From Octopus bimaculoides (taxonomy: Eukaryota), in NCBI RefSeq assembly GCF_001194135.2, contig NC_068997.1:30430741-30494740 (forward strand): a stretch of 64,000 nucleotides of DNA. Reading direction: 5' to 3'. Below the pieces are notes generated by a model. That model was given only the letters and a program-made list of their open reading frames with translations. It made no database searches and was not told the DNA's origin. Made by a program: the position numbers and the translations under genes. This document shows, one piece after another, positions 37,080 to 50,377 of the stretch. The stretch's first letter is position 1, and every line of letters starts with the position of its first letter.

Positions 37080-37565
37080 TAAAGAGGTGACCAGAATATT
37101 GATATCTGACATATATTCCCAGAGAGCTAACCTGAAGACAGCTGATATCTTGAGTATTGAGGCAATGGTGCACAAGTACCGGTTATGTTGGACTGGACAC
37201 CTTATTAGAATGAAGGATAGTAGGATTCCTAAACAGATGCTATATGGGGAACTTGTGAATGGAAAGAGACCCCAGCAGAAACCAAGGCTGCAATTTAAGG
37301 GCTGCGTCAAGTCTTCATTAAAGGCCTGTGTTATGCAGGAGACTGACTGGGAGAACAGTACCTGTCATCACCACAGATAGAGGAAGCAGGTTAAGGAGGT
37401 GGGAGAGGTCAACACTTTTGAGAGAGCACGTATTCAGCATGAAGAACTTAAGCATGTTGCTCAAAAGCACACTGCGTGTGTAGTGAATGGGGGAAAGCTT
37501 GGTCTGCAATGTTTGCAGTCGTATATGCTTGTCAAGAGCAGGGCTCATTAGCCACCAACATATAT
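37080..37565 (+). mobile_element. RTE (BovB-like) LINE 3' fragment, second RTE lineage
   Basis: ANLKTADILSIEAMVHKYRLCWTGHLIRMKDSRIPKQMLYGELVNGKRPQQKPRLQFKGCVKSSLK; terminal CNVCSRICLSRAGLISHQ zinc finger. Confidence 0.82.
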
Positions 37566-37593
37566 GAATTTTCATAATTCCTTTTCATACTTT

Positions 37594-37952
37594 ACTAGCC
37601 AATGAAAAATGCGGACGCATGCTAACAATATTCATAACAATTAAACCTGGAAATGTAGAGGACAAGAAAAATCTCATTAAAATTAGAGCTTAAAATATTG
37701 CTGCTAAAATCAAAATTAAATGTAACTCTTAGGTACTTTTTCATATTTTTTTAAAATTCAATTAATTTCACTTTTCCTTTTTTCATTTTGATTTTATTTT
37801 TGTACTAAATGAATTAATAAAAATTTAAAAAATTTAATTTTAGCAGCAATATTTAAGCTCCAATTTTAAAGAGATTTTTCTTGTCCTCTACTTTTCCAGG
37901 TTTAATTGTTAAGAATATTGTTGGTATGCATTCAAATTTTTCATTGGCTAGT
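37594..37952. mobile_element. Foldback MITE-like element with ~120-bp inverted arms
   Basis: Left arm actagccaatgaaaaat...ttgctgctaaaat; right arm attttagcagcaa...atttttcattggctagt. AT-rich spacer; no clear TSD. Confidence 0.75.
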
Positions 37953-38129
37953 CCAGTGATTTTTACAGATATTGCAGTAATAGTAAAATTTTAATTGAAA
38001 ATGTATAAAATTATCATTTTTTGGAGTCATTTCGAATTCAAAAATTTCCAAGGAAATTCAGACAAAATTTTGATTTTTTTCATTTGACTAATTCTCATTT
38101 AGAAATTAAATTAAAAATGAATGATAATT

Positions 38130-38600
38130 ATTGCAGCTTTGCGTTTTCTGGACATAATGTACATACTGTAATTTCAGTACTGTAAAGAGACATAGTTACA
38201 AATGAATATATTTAAAGAATTTTTAAAATTATGAAAAGAAAATAATATAATTTAATAAAATGACTTTATTTTAAATAAAGTAAATTAAATCAATATTGAA
38301 TAGAATATAATTACAAGTAGCATTTGCCTTTTCTGAACAGTCTTACTACAGACTTCCGTACTGCTCATAGAGACAAAGCCACAAATAATCATATTCTATT
38401 TACTATACAATTAATAAATAAATTATAAACTAAGTTATTTTTAGCATGCAAATAATTAGCACCATGTTTGAAAATTTTAAAATAGTGAAAATTGACTGTT
38501 AAAATATTTGAATTTTTGTCATTTGCCTTTTCTGAATAGCCCTACTACATGATCCAGTACTGCTCATAGAGACAAAATCAAAAAAATGATATTTTATTAA
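38130..38600. repeat. Three diverged direct repeats, ~190-bp spacing
   Basis: tttgc(c/g)ttttctg...tact...gtactg...agagaca at ~38138, ~38322 and ~38521. Confidence 0.55.
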
Positions 38601-38757
38601 ATAATCTTGTTATTAAAATAATTTATTTAAAAATGGACTTTAAAAGGCCATACTACAAAAAACTAAGCAAAAAAATTTCATTTTTTATAAAAAATAGTTT
38701 ATCAATTTGTGTTGTCTTTTAAATTTTGTTGTGTGTGCGTCTAAGAAATAGTTTAGT

Positions 38758-40610
38758 TCAACCCTACTACCTTGCATGGCAGGCTTGTCGGGAGCCCTCC
38801 TATCTCTCCTCCAGTGACCAAATCATCACCTCTCCCCCAGGAGTCCAACAAGGTGACCCATTTGGGCCCACTTTGTTCGCACTGGGCATTGATGACATCA
38901 CCAAAATGGGTGTCGAGCCAGACTTCAACATCTGGTATCTCGACGATGCTTGTTTGAGGAGACCTCTGGACAGGGTTCTGCCATTGCTAACATGATAGTT
39001 GCGGAGCTTGGTTGCCGGGGTCTCCAAGTAAACAGCTCCAAATGTGAACTATTGATCCACAACCACCCGGTTTCTCAACATCAACCAACTATTGACCTTT
39101 TTTGCAGAGTCCTTCCCTTCCATTGCAGTCCATCCCCCATCAGCTTGGTACTCTCTAGGTGCCCCTGTCACAAACCTTGCCTTTGAGTCTATCTTCCAGT
39201 CGAAGGTGGCTACCATTGAGCAATTACTGAAAAATATTGAAGCTATCGAACCCTATCAAGCTTTTTTCATTCTTAGGAATTACCTCTCACTCCCTAAGCT
39301 TCTATATTTATTCAGAGTCAGCTCATCTTACTGATTCTCATTGTGCCTCCAATGCTTTGACAATCTCATTTTTGAGAAACTCGAATGCTTAGTCAATGTC
39401 AGACTCACTCTCTCCAACGTCCCACAATCAGGTTGCATTGCCCATAGATTTAGAGGTTTTGGTCTTTGTAAGTGTTTGTCCTTCCCTCTCCCCTGCTTCC
39501 TTTCTTCCACCCATGCCTGCTCCAACCTGGCAAGCAACATCCTCTCCAACAGGAACCAGTTCCAACAGGGAATTGGATGAAGCTCTCCAACACTGGAGGG
39601 AATTGGGCATGTCTGCTCCTGAGAAGGTGGAGGACTGTTGGAGTCAGAGAGCTTTGGACAACATAATTTCGAAGGCTACTTTCAACTCCCTCTTCATCCA
39701 GTCGGACCAGTTTTCAAGGTGCTGCTTACTGTCTGCTAGCGCCACATATTCAGGTGACTGGATTGGTGCCATCTCTGTGGCTAATGTTGGTGGCCTACTC
39801 AGCTTGCACGAACTTCATGTCTCCATTGCCCTCAGAGTGGGAGCTGATGTATGCACGGGTTTGATTTGTCATTGTGGCAGGCTCCTCAACTTCACAGGCC
39901 TCCATAGCCTTTCTTGCTGCCTGAATGCTGGTTGCTTCAGGCATCATATGGAGCTGAACCTGATACTCAAGAAGAGCTTGACCCAGAGAAATGACCCCCT
40001 CCATCTTGGAACTATCTGGATTGTCCAGATGTGGTGGTAAGAGACCTGACGGCCTCACCCGTGCCCCTGATCACAAGGCAGATGCCTTGTCTGGGATGTC
40101 ACAGTTAGGGACTCCTTTGCTTCTTCTCACATCTTGCATGCTGCGGTCAGGGCAAGATCCACAGCTTTTGCAGCCGAGCAGAACAGAATCCTGAAATACT
40201 GTGATCTGTTTGCCAATTACATTGTCTATCCTGTGGAGTTTGAGACATATTGTGGGGTCAGACCACTTACTGCAAGATTCTTGTCTTCACTGGCAACTTG
40301 TGTTGCAGAGGTAACTGGTGAGGCTCGTGAGGGTGCTTGGCTGTTCCCGCGCATCAGCCTCGCCATCACCTGCAGCAATGCTGCAAGCACGCTGGTGTGT
40401 CTCAATAGCCATTAGAAAGGTTTCCAGTGCCTCTAACTTTTCAATCCAAGGAGGTGAATTGTTTTTTTTGTTTTTTTTTTCCTTTTTCTCTCACTTCTTT
40501 CACTCACTTTTTTTCTTTTTAATTTTTAAAATTGTGTTCTCTGTTTTGTCCAGTTTTCTAGTTTGATTTTGTAAAATGGTAAACACTGTGACGGCAATAA
40601 AAATTTTACT
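38758..40610 (+). mobile_element. CRE-clade non-LTR retrotransposon (RT C-half + RLE), decayed
   Basis: IITSPPGVQQGDPFGPTLFALGI...NIWYLDDA; SGDWIGAI...LRVGADVC...CHCGR...GLHSLSC...RHH; KRPDGLT; AEQNRILKY...PVEFETYCG...RISLAI...NAAS. T-rich 3' UTR with AATAAA near 40596. Confidence 0.85.
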
Positions 40611-41888
40611 GTTCATACACGGAAACAAATTAGCGATACAATTGCTATATGCCAGCCAGATGTCCAATAAAAGCTTTCACTGTTTAGTTCAGATATGTGT
40701 AGTATCCCTTTAATATCATGCAAAAATTGATAAAAATTTGAGAATTAAAATTAAATAGTTATATCGCACGTGCAGATGACCTCTACTCAACTCTCACTTC
40801 CGACAACTCGACTCTACAGAACTCGATGTCTTGTCTCGACGGCTCCTTACTCTGGCTTGCCCTTCTTCTCTACTTCACGATGCTTTTTGTCTAGCTATTT
40901 ATACATATTGGACTAGTCTACTTATCGCCTGGGGGTGTCCACACAACAAATACCTTCTTTTTCTAATGAATAAAATTTTACGAAATCTTTACCAATATAT
41001 TCCTTTAACATTTCTCTTTCATATTAACACCAATATAATAATTCTTAATCAAAATTAAAAGAATGGTGTGGATTCAAAATGTCGATGTTGGGCACTACTA
41101 CCCATCAGTCAACCAGTTTGGTCTGTACATTTTTTCTCTTAACTTTTGTTCTACTTCACCAGGTTTTAAGTATTTTAAGTATAAATATAGCTTATCACAA
41201 GTCAAAAATAATTTAAAAAACGAGATTTGATTTCGATTAAAACTGAATTAGTGAGACTACTTGGAAGACACTGACTGCATCAAAAAAGCTACGTTAAGAA
41301 TATTATTCAACTGTAGTAGTAGTTGAATGATAAACGAATATTTCATTCTTTTATTAACTTACCTTATATATTTAACTTTCCTCTGTCATCTCTATTTACT
41401 TTATTTATTGTTCTAATTTCATTTACCTACTTTACTTTCTCTAACCAACCTGTAAACCTGAGCATATAACAATACAAATCATAAACTGTAACATTCAGTC
41501 TGCTAAAATGAACTCATAAGTACACATAAAACACCCAAATATTGTGCGCATGTCACATAAATGGAAGTTTAATGTTTATTGAGTATTAATTGAAACAGCT
41601 GTAAGTGAAGATGACCAATTTGGTGCTAATAATAAACAATCAACTTCCCAATCTCCATTTTCTGTTTTTCCTTTAAATGAATATAAACTATATGGTTTTT
41701 TTTATATATACCTATTATTTTAAGGAAATTCATTCCCCCAAAATATTAGGTATTGAACCAGTATTTCCTTGGATGAAACCATCCCTTCATGAAGTTAACA
41801 CAACTTCGAATTATATATATANNNNNNNNNNNNNNNNNNNNNNNNNNNNNNNNNNNNNNNNNNNNNNNNNNNNNNNNNNNNNNNNNNN

Positions 41889-41919
<31 letters not shown>

Positions 41920-42459
41920 TTCCTTGATAACCTTTAGTTGTAAATTGCCTAAAAAACCTGTATATACCCACAAGCAAAACTCAGAGAAGCAAGAGACTGA
42001 TGTTGCCTAAATATGAATATTAATCGGTGCTCCAGCATGGCCGCAGTCAAATGAGTGAAACAAGTAAAAGAGTAAAAGAGTAAGGTAATGAATACTTATT
42101 CTTCTCACAGTCAACATTAAAGGGATATTTGTGAATGCATGCATGGGATATTTATGAATGCATGCATGCATACATACATACAAACATACATACATAGGAA
42201 AATGGCTCCCTCCTCGGTGGAAGATTTATAATAAGTAAAAAATAGAAGAGACATACACACATAAGAGAGAAAAAAACTGCTGATTTACGGAAGACTATCA
42301 GTCATGTGATGATGCTTATAGCTTGCTAACAAGCAAATCAGTATACTTCACACCACAAAAAGTGAAGGAGATAGAAATGATGACAGACGATGCAAAATGA
42401 GGACACTTGATTGCAAACTGCTCACTTTCAAGTAGGAGTTAAAAGCTGTCAGTGAGAAA

Positions 42460-44870
42460 CTCTAACATCACAAGGGAATAACTGAGAGATAAACGATAAA
42501 CAAAAAATTTAACGAGAACAAGGCAACAGAGTACAGAGACATGAGAAGAGAAGCAGTGAACATGATAGAAGCCCCTTCATGAGAAGACATAGAGACCTTC
42601 TGGAGGAAAATTTGGAGCGAAGAAATGAATTGAACCAAGATGCCTTTTGGCTGTAAGAAATTCAAAGAATTTATTGTACCTACATTACACTCAAGACATA
42701 CAACACTGATGGTAATACTCTTATGACTGTAATCAAGAAACTTCAGGGTGGTAAAGCACTTGGAAGAGACTTGATTGTTGGATACTGGTACAAGAAGCTA
42801 ATCTTCTACTGACCACATTTTATCAACCTGCATCAGCAGCCTCTCAATGGGAATAATAGCATACCAGACTGGTTAGCTCTGGCAAAGACAAAACTGATCC
42901 CCCAATGCAGAACCACTCACATTGCAAAAAACAACTGGCAAATTGCATTCCAGAACTTAATGCATAAATTATATACAGCAAGTTTAAAAATCTTTCTCCA
43001 TGATCATTGTGAAAGTCAAAATATCACTTCATCAGAACAAGTAGATGGGAGGAAAGGGGTCTGGGGATGTGCCAAGCAATTGTTCATAAACAAAACTGTA
43101 ATGTCAGAGGTGTAGAGCAGAGATGGAAACTAGTGTCAATGTGGCTAGATTACAAGAAAGCTTTTGACTCTGTCCCCCACTCATGGATGCTAGAAGCCCT
43201 TCAACTTGATAAGGTTCCAGTGAGCATAGTCGAAGACATAGCTGATTTGACTTCATCGTGGGCTAACATCTTGTATTCAAACACAAAGAATGATTGTATT
43301 ATCAGTGATAAAATACAGTATTGCAGGATGTTGTTTAGACTTGTCATTCTTGTTAAGGAAGTCTGAAGGATATCTCACAGGTTCAAAAGGAAACAGAAAT
43401 ACCAAAATTATACACTGCTTCTTTGTGGATGACTTGAAACTATATGTCAAGAATATTCATGAGATGAAAAAGGGCTTTGTTCTGGTTAAAATATTCTGGA
43501 GTTTGATCAGGATAAATGTTGCTATATCATTGTAAGAAGTGGAAAAATTGTAAACCAGACTAACAACATCTCCATCAATGATTTCACTGTTTCCCCCTAT
43601 ATATGATGAGGAATGTTACAAGTATCTAAGGGTGGAAAATATATCTTAAAATGGCACCTGTAACAAAACACATGTCACTAAAGAATATTACAGGCAAATA
43701 AAGAAAATTTCGACTTTGGAACTCTCTGCATTCAATAAAACAGTGGCCAACACTGTGTTTGCAGTGCCAGTGCTCATACCAACATTTGGGCTTCTTGATT
43801 GTATGCTTGATGAGATCCGAGCCATTGATGTGAAAACCCAGAAGATACTAACAAGCACACATAGTTTCCACATAAACAGTAACGTCGACCGCCCCTACCT
43901 AAAATGAAAACAAAGTGGCAGAAACTTAACATCAATCCAAACTATCTTTGAATGTCGTCTCATATCCCTTTGGCAACATCTTTTAACCACCGAGTGTTGA
44001 AGTGCATCCCTTGACCAAGTTTGCACACATGAGGCTGATAACATCATAAGACTTGGAAAGCAGCTCCTTGAGCAGTATTCCTTGTCTGATAATATTAAAT
44101 ACATGTATCATCAGATGAAAAGATGAGTCTGTATGAGCAGAAGATCATGTATGATATGTTAGTTGAATGCTCAGAAATGATAGTAACATTCATGATTGAT
44201 AGTAACAATCCACGAACAAGAAATATCAACCAAATACCTGATTCACAAAAGGGACAGAAATACAGGAAAAACATAAAATGTGACAACTGATGTAGACTTT
44301 GTGGAGTTAACACCGAAAATATCATGCACATCATAAACAGTTGTCCAAATATGTCAACACAGCATTATCTACTGATGAGACATGATACCGGTTAGGATAC
44401 TGTATATAATGAGATCCATTGAAAGGATAACCCCAAGGACAAAGAGACAAGAACCCACAGTATGGGGGAAGCCATGGCCACTCATAATGAAAAAGGAGTA
44501 CTGGTAAAATGTCTCTGAAAATCTCAATAAAATGTAAACAAAATAAACACAAAAGACTTGATATAATGATTTGGGATAGATAAGAGAAACTGTGTACAGT
44601 TGTGGAAATCAGCTGCCCAGCAGATGTTAATATAAAGCTGAAGATCAGTAATAAAAAGAATACCTGCACTGAAGTATTGAGAAATCTGTAGTTACTCTAT
44701 CCATATTACAAGTTCAGGTTATTATTGGGGTTCTGGGATATGTAACACACTGCCTAAATACCAACCTTGAGAAATTAAACTTCTTAAAACCAGAAAGGAA
44801 AAAGCTGATTTGAAGACTACAGATCCAATCCATCACTGGAGCTGTAAAAATCTGTAAAACTTTTCAGGAG
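42460..44870 (+). mobile_element. R4/Dong-like LINE (family C), old, 5'-truncated
   Basis: FWRKIWSEE, WLDYKKAFDSVPHSWMLEALQL, FFVDDLKLY, ELSAFNKTVANTVFAVPVLIPTFG, RLLIWNQLPSRC-like RLE region. Confidence 0.8.
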
Positions 44871-45822
44871 TTCATCATTTAAGTATATATGAGCATGTCT
44901 AGATATGCAAATATACAAATCTCACATATACATACACGCATGTTGATGTTGCTGAAATTCCAAGGAAGAAGCCTTGAATGTAAGTTAGAAACTGGCTTTC
45001 TCTATATTGGCAAGAAATGCTAAAATAAAACTGCATAATGATATACATGCATACATATATGCATACATGCCTACTTTTTATGCATGCATGCATGCATATA
45101 TGTCAATATCTTTCTGTATATCCTATTCAGTGTGGATATACTTTGGCATTCATCTGAACAACCATCAAGAACAAGCTTTTACCCAGCCTGCCAACTTCTC
45201 AGTATCAATAGAGACTAAATTTACCCAAGCACGTATCTCATAAGATTTGTATATTTAAGTGAGGCTGACAGTCTTTGAGTATTCCTTTATGGCTAACTTG
45301 TGTCTTTTGTCATATAATTGCATGTAAAGTACTAATCCATAATATACATAAATGTAGATATACATGTAGTATAAGTGCAGGCAGGTACCATAGGTGTGGC
45401 CATGGGATTCTGAGGAGTCGTCTATAAAGCTAAGCACTTATAAATGTAAAATTATTGGTCACTCTATGACCGGATATATATTTCACTGCATATAAATTAC
45501 ATTAATGGTCTAACTTTTTTAGAGTGTACTTCTTTTACAGATATATGATCCACTGATGATATATATATATATATATATATATGTGTGCATGTTTGTAAAG
45601 AGGCCGAGAGAGAGGGGAGAGGCTGATGAAAAGTCAGACAAACAATTAGTAATATTTTACAAGTATTCAAATTATTAAAATCTACTTTTACTATAAACAA
45701 TATCTAAATACATTTCTTGACAGTGTATTTTTAGTTGTCACCCTCCAAAGAAGGAGAAGTAAAAATCAATTTATCAATGACTCACAATATGAACTGATGA
45801 AATAATAAATATATTATCTTAC

Positions 45823-45917
45823 TTGCCAGGAAGTCCAATCTGTAAATAATTTATTCAGTGCATTATCAATTCTTTGCCACTTCAATGTAAGCTTCAAATT
45901 TCTACATTTGTTCTTTG
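45823..45917 (-). CDS. TRPM: TRPM channel exon (MHR3 start)
   Basis: ctatattacag|CA...CAA|gtaaga; 95 nt, phase 1 to 0. KNKCRNLKLTLKWQRIDNALNKLFTDWTSWQ matches the TRPM L.LAL.WNR.DIA...iF.....W motif. Confidence 0.86.
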
Positions 45918-46049
45918 CTGTAATATAGATTTTACAAGAAATAATTCAATTGATATTAAAATGTTCTTTTACGAAATCAAAATACTTAATATCATCAGCA
46001 TGACTAATATGGTATCTTATAATTCCTATACACATCACTTCAGAAGGCA

Positions 46050-46262
46050 ATGACCTGGTAGAATCCTTAACATGCTGGGCAAAATGATTATCTGCATTTC
46101 TTCCAGCTTTACATTCTGACTTCATATTCCACCGAGGTTAACTTTTACTTTAATCTTTCTCAATTCAATGAAATGAATATCATTTGAACACTGGAGTTGA
46201 TGTACTTAACTAACATCCTCCACACTAATTTCAGGCCTTGTCACTATAGTAGAAAGGATGAT
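46050..46262 (+). mobile_element. tRNA-derived SINE (family 1)
   Basis: Degenerate head, central box and aggccttgtcactatagtagaaaggatgatt tail. Confidence 0.78.
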
Positions 46263-46264
46263 TA

Positions 46265-46965
46265 TTTGATGAAAACTCTCGCTTATTTTGATGGGTATGA
46301 TGGAAAATGTCAGCTGTCCTCACGCAGAAGACTAGGGAGGCACTTGTTTATTGAAGAACCTGGACCTTGCAGAGAACTCTTGCAGTTCCAAACAATGCTG
46401 ATTTCGTAGGTGTTCTGTCGTTACATTTGTACAAATCCTTTTTGCGCTATGTTGGTTGTTGAGTGCTGATACTTCCAATTGCATCAATTACTCCTGGTAT
46501 CACATTCACTCTCTTCATTGATTAAAACCTGTTTATTTCCAACTTCAAATTGTCATAGTTGTTTATTTTTTCTCCTTTTTCTTCAATCCTGTCATCACCA
46601 GGATATACTCTGTTAATTTTCATGCAAGTCTTTTCTTTTTTGTTCACCACCATAATGTCAAGTGTTTTAGATGTCTGATCTGGTGGTCGCACTGAAACAC
46701 TGCATCCTGCAGGAATTTGCAATCATCATTCTCAGTAATTTCTTCTGTGATTTGAACATACCACAACCTTACTCTTTGTAGGCCATAGTTTCCAGAAAGC
46801 TTCCAATGGATCATTCCCACCATATTGCCATGTCATCTTTTATATTCATGTTGTACCAATTTCGAGGATCTTCTGTATCTAACCTGGTCATGAGAGCCAA
46901 TTTCAGGCATCCTCTGTATCTGTCTTGGCTATAAGAGCCAGTGCCTGGTACAGCATCAGCATATT
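46265..46965 (-). mobile_element. R4/Dong-like LINE RLE fragment
   Basis: SVRPPDQTSKTLDIMVVNKKEKTCMKI...YPGDDRIEEKGEKINNYDNLKLEINR; (CAA/TAA)n at the 5' side. Confidence 0.72.
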
Positions 46966-47733
46966 TATCATTATTGTTGTTGTTGTTGTTGTCATTGTCA
47001 TTATTATGCTATAATTGTTCAATATTTGGTAGATTGAGATAAATTTCTACTGCATCACGTGCTACACCTCTGTGTTGCTGGGGTGTGTGCAGCATTGCAT
47101 GTTCTTTTATGCTGTTGGGTGTGTAAAAACTTTACTTGGTATTGTATTGTGTTAGTCTTTTTTTTTCTCTTGAGTTGTACTGCTTGTATTGTGTGTTGAG
47201 TGTGTAAGGTATTGGTTAACTAGATAGTGGTGAAAGTTTATTTCACTGGTCAATTGCTGTATAGAGTGTGTCTTATGTTTATGGGTTGTTATGTTTAGGT
47301 TGTATTATGGAATTGATAGTGTTTTGCATAAGATGTGGGTTGTTCCTACCAGGGCTATATTTCTTTGATAGTGTGTGTGTCTCACCAGAAAAAAACTATA
47401 GTGTTCTGGCAATAAAAGGATGTTTACATTTCGAATACTCAGGGAGAAAAGAAAGGATATATATTCACAGTGAGTTCTAGATATTAAAGTTTCAACATTT
47501 TTAAAGCTGATTCTTTGTGTTCAGCCAGAGAAAACTGAAGATAAGCAAGTTTTAAAACTTATTTTGAAGGAAATTTAAAATACTCACAGGAAATTATAGA
47601 TATTCGAGTTTTTGAGAGTTATTTTTCAGTTGTTCTACTGGGTTGTATTAGTGTTTCTGTGTCTTCAGTTGCTGACTGGTCAGAACAGTGAAGATCACAT
47701 CCGGCTGCTGCTATTATTACTATTATTGTTGTT

Positions 47734-47764
<31 letters not shown>

Positions 47765-47786
47765 CTGTTGTTATTATTATCATTAT

Positions 47787-50335
47787 TCAATAGTTTTATT
47801 TTTATAACGTGTTTTCACTTCACTACCGAGCTCAGCTCTGTGAGCCTTGGGTATGTGCTGTGGTTTGCTGTGATGCTCTTACGGTTAATGTATTGAAAGT
47901 GTTTTGCATAAGATATGTGTAGTGCCCAGTAGTGCAATTTTCTGTATGCTATATCTATTTGCAAGTCCTGGTGTTTTTGTTATGCATTTATCTGAATATT
48001 TTTTATCATACCTAATGTGCCCACAATCTGTTTTTAGATTCCGTGCTGTGGTTTGCTGTGATGCTCTTATGGTTAATGTATTGAAAGTGTTTTGCATAAG
48101 ATATGTGTAGTGCCCAGTAGTGCAATTTTCTGTATGTTATATCTATTTGCAAGTCCTGGTGTTTTTGTTATGCATTTGTCTGAATATTTTTTATCATACC
48201 TAATGTGCCCACAATCTGTTTTTAGATTCCACATTTGAATTACCTCCATTTCCAGGTCTTTGTATTTTGAAAATTTCTCGATTTCTTTTCGAGAAACGTT
48301 GTCATCTGCTGGTATTGATACATCAATTAGAAAGCATTTTTTTCCTTCATGATCTTTGACAACTATATCTGGCCTATTGGCCTTAATTTCTCTATCTGTG
48401 TATATTGGCATATCCCAAAGTATGGTTACTTTCTCGTTTTCTGTGACCTTTTCTGGCGTGTCCTATACCATCTTTTTCCTATTGTTATTCCATAGTGTTG
48501 GCATAGCTTCCAGTGTGTGTAGGTCCCAACTCTATCGTGTCTGAGAATATATTCCTTCTTAGGCAGGACTGGGCAGACAGAGATAATAGGATTTATTGTT
48601 TCTTGTCCATCTCCACATATTCTGCAGTTACTTGTTATGTTTCTTTTCATTATATGTTTTTGGTAATTTCTGGTGGGGAGGCTTTAGTCTTGTGCTGCAA
48701 TTAAAAATCCTTCAGTCTCTGCTTTGAGTCCTGAGCTTCTCAACCATTGCTAGGATTTTTCTCTGTCTATTTCTTTTGCATTTAGTTTAGCTCAGTATTT
48801 GCTATGAAGGGGCTTTTCTTGCCATCATTTTATCATGGTCCGTTGCTATTCTAATTTTAGTTTGGATTTTATTTGATTTATAGCTTTTGTTGTTTCTTCT
48901 TCTTCTTCTTCTTCTTCATATTTGTTAGGTAATATGACCTCTTGTTTGTATTTATCAGCTTGCTTGTGTTTTGTAGCTATTTGTATTAGTTTTCCTTGCT
49001 TCTGAAGTAAGTATTTTTTCAGTCCTATGATTGTTATTTTATAATAGTTTTCCAGTTGTATAAGGCCTCTACCACCTTCTACACGTTGTATATATAACCT
49101 TTCTATATCAGATGTTGGGTGGTACATCCTAGATCCTGTAATTTTTTTTTTTTTTGTTTTCCTGTCTATTTTGGTTAGTTCATTTAGTGTCCAGTTAAGG
49201 ATATTGTAGCTGTAACTTATAACTGGGACGTCTAGAATGTTAATACCTTTTATCTTGTTTTTAGCATTGAGCTCTGTTTTCAGTATTGATCTAACTCGTC
49301 TATAGTATTCTTTCTTTATTTTCTCTTTCATTTGTGTGTGTTGTATCCTATCTAGTTCATCGATTTCTAAATATTTGTATGTCTAGCTTTGGTCTAATTC
49401 TCTCATTTCATTGGCTTTATGTAGTGTGATGTTGCTACTCTTAACTAGTTTTCCTCTTTTCAGGGTTGCTTTGGCACATTTTTCTAAGCCAAATTTCATA
49501 TCTATTTCTTTGGTGAATCTATGTACTGTCTGTAGTAGTGTTTTCAGCTGTTTATCTTTTGTAGCGTAGAGTTTTAGATCATTCATATATAAGAGGCAGC
49601 TGATTGTTTTGCCATAACATTTCTATCCACATCCAGTTCTATTTAGCATGTCAGATAAAGGTGTCAGTGCCAAGCAGAAAAGGAATGGTGAGAGCATGTC
49701 TCCCTGGAATATTCCTTTTCTAATAGGGATGGCTTTGGTCTTCATGAGTTCCTCTTTTGTTTGGAGTTGTGGCACTATCTACCATTTATTCATAGAGTGT
49801 CTTATGTATTTCATAATTATTGGTACTACCTTGTTCATGGCTAGTGTTTCGAGGATCTATGTGTGGGGAATACTATCAAAAGCCTTTTGGTAGTCAATCG
49901 AGGCCATGCTGAGGCCTTTCTTCTTTCTGCAGCTGTCTTCAGTTATGGCTTTATTGATCATTAGTTGATCTTTGCGGCTGTATGATCCCTTGCAGCATCC
50001 CTTCTGCTCTTCTGGAAATAGGCTGTTTTCTTCCTGATGCTTGCTCAATCTCTGCAATATTATTGCAGTAAAGGATTTGTAAATTGTAGGGAGACAGGTT
50101 ATTGGACTGCAGTTTTGTGGTTTTGCTGTTTCAGTTGATTTGGGAATTAGGAAAGTTTTCCCTTGCGTGAGCCATTCAGGTATTGTCTCTGGCTCTGCTA
50201 GCATGTCGTTAAAGTTTTCAGCCAGCTTTTTGTGTGTTCCTGTCAGATATTTTAACCAGAAGTTGGGGATCTTGTCATACCCAGGTGCCTTCCAGTTGCT
50301 TAGTCTTTGCAGTGCCTGGGTGACCTCTTCAGTTG

Positions 50336-50336
<1 letters not shown>
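47787..50336 (-). mobile_element. R4/Dong-like LINE (family A), 5'-truncated, with 188-bp tandem duplication near the 3' end
   Basis: PITCLPTIYK...EEQKGCCKGSYSRKDQLMINK...IDYQKAFDSIPH, MNDLKLY, KAETEGFL, ANRPDIVVKD. Same 3' end as the 11400-11440 copy. Confidence 0.92.

Positions 50337-50375
<39 letters not shown>

Positions 50376-50377
<2 letters not shown>

Noticed and set aside
44365-47580. Other CTGA(T/A)GA matches (~44372, ~45553, ~45603, ~45794, ~47535)
   Set aside because: None has a stem II followed immediately by GAAA and a stem III/NUH; these are chance heptamers.
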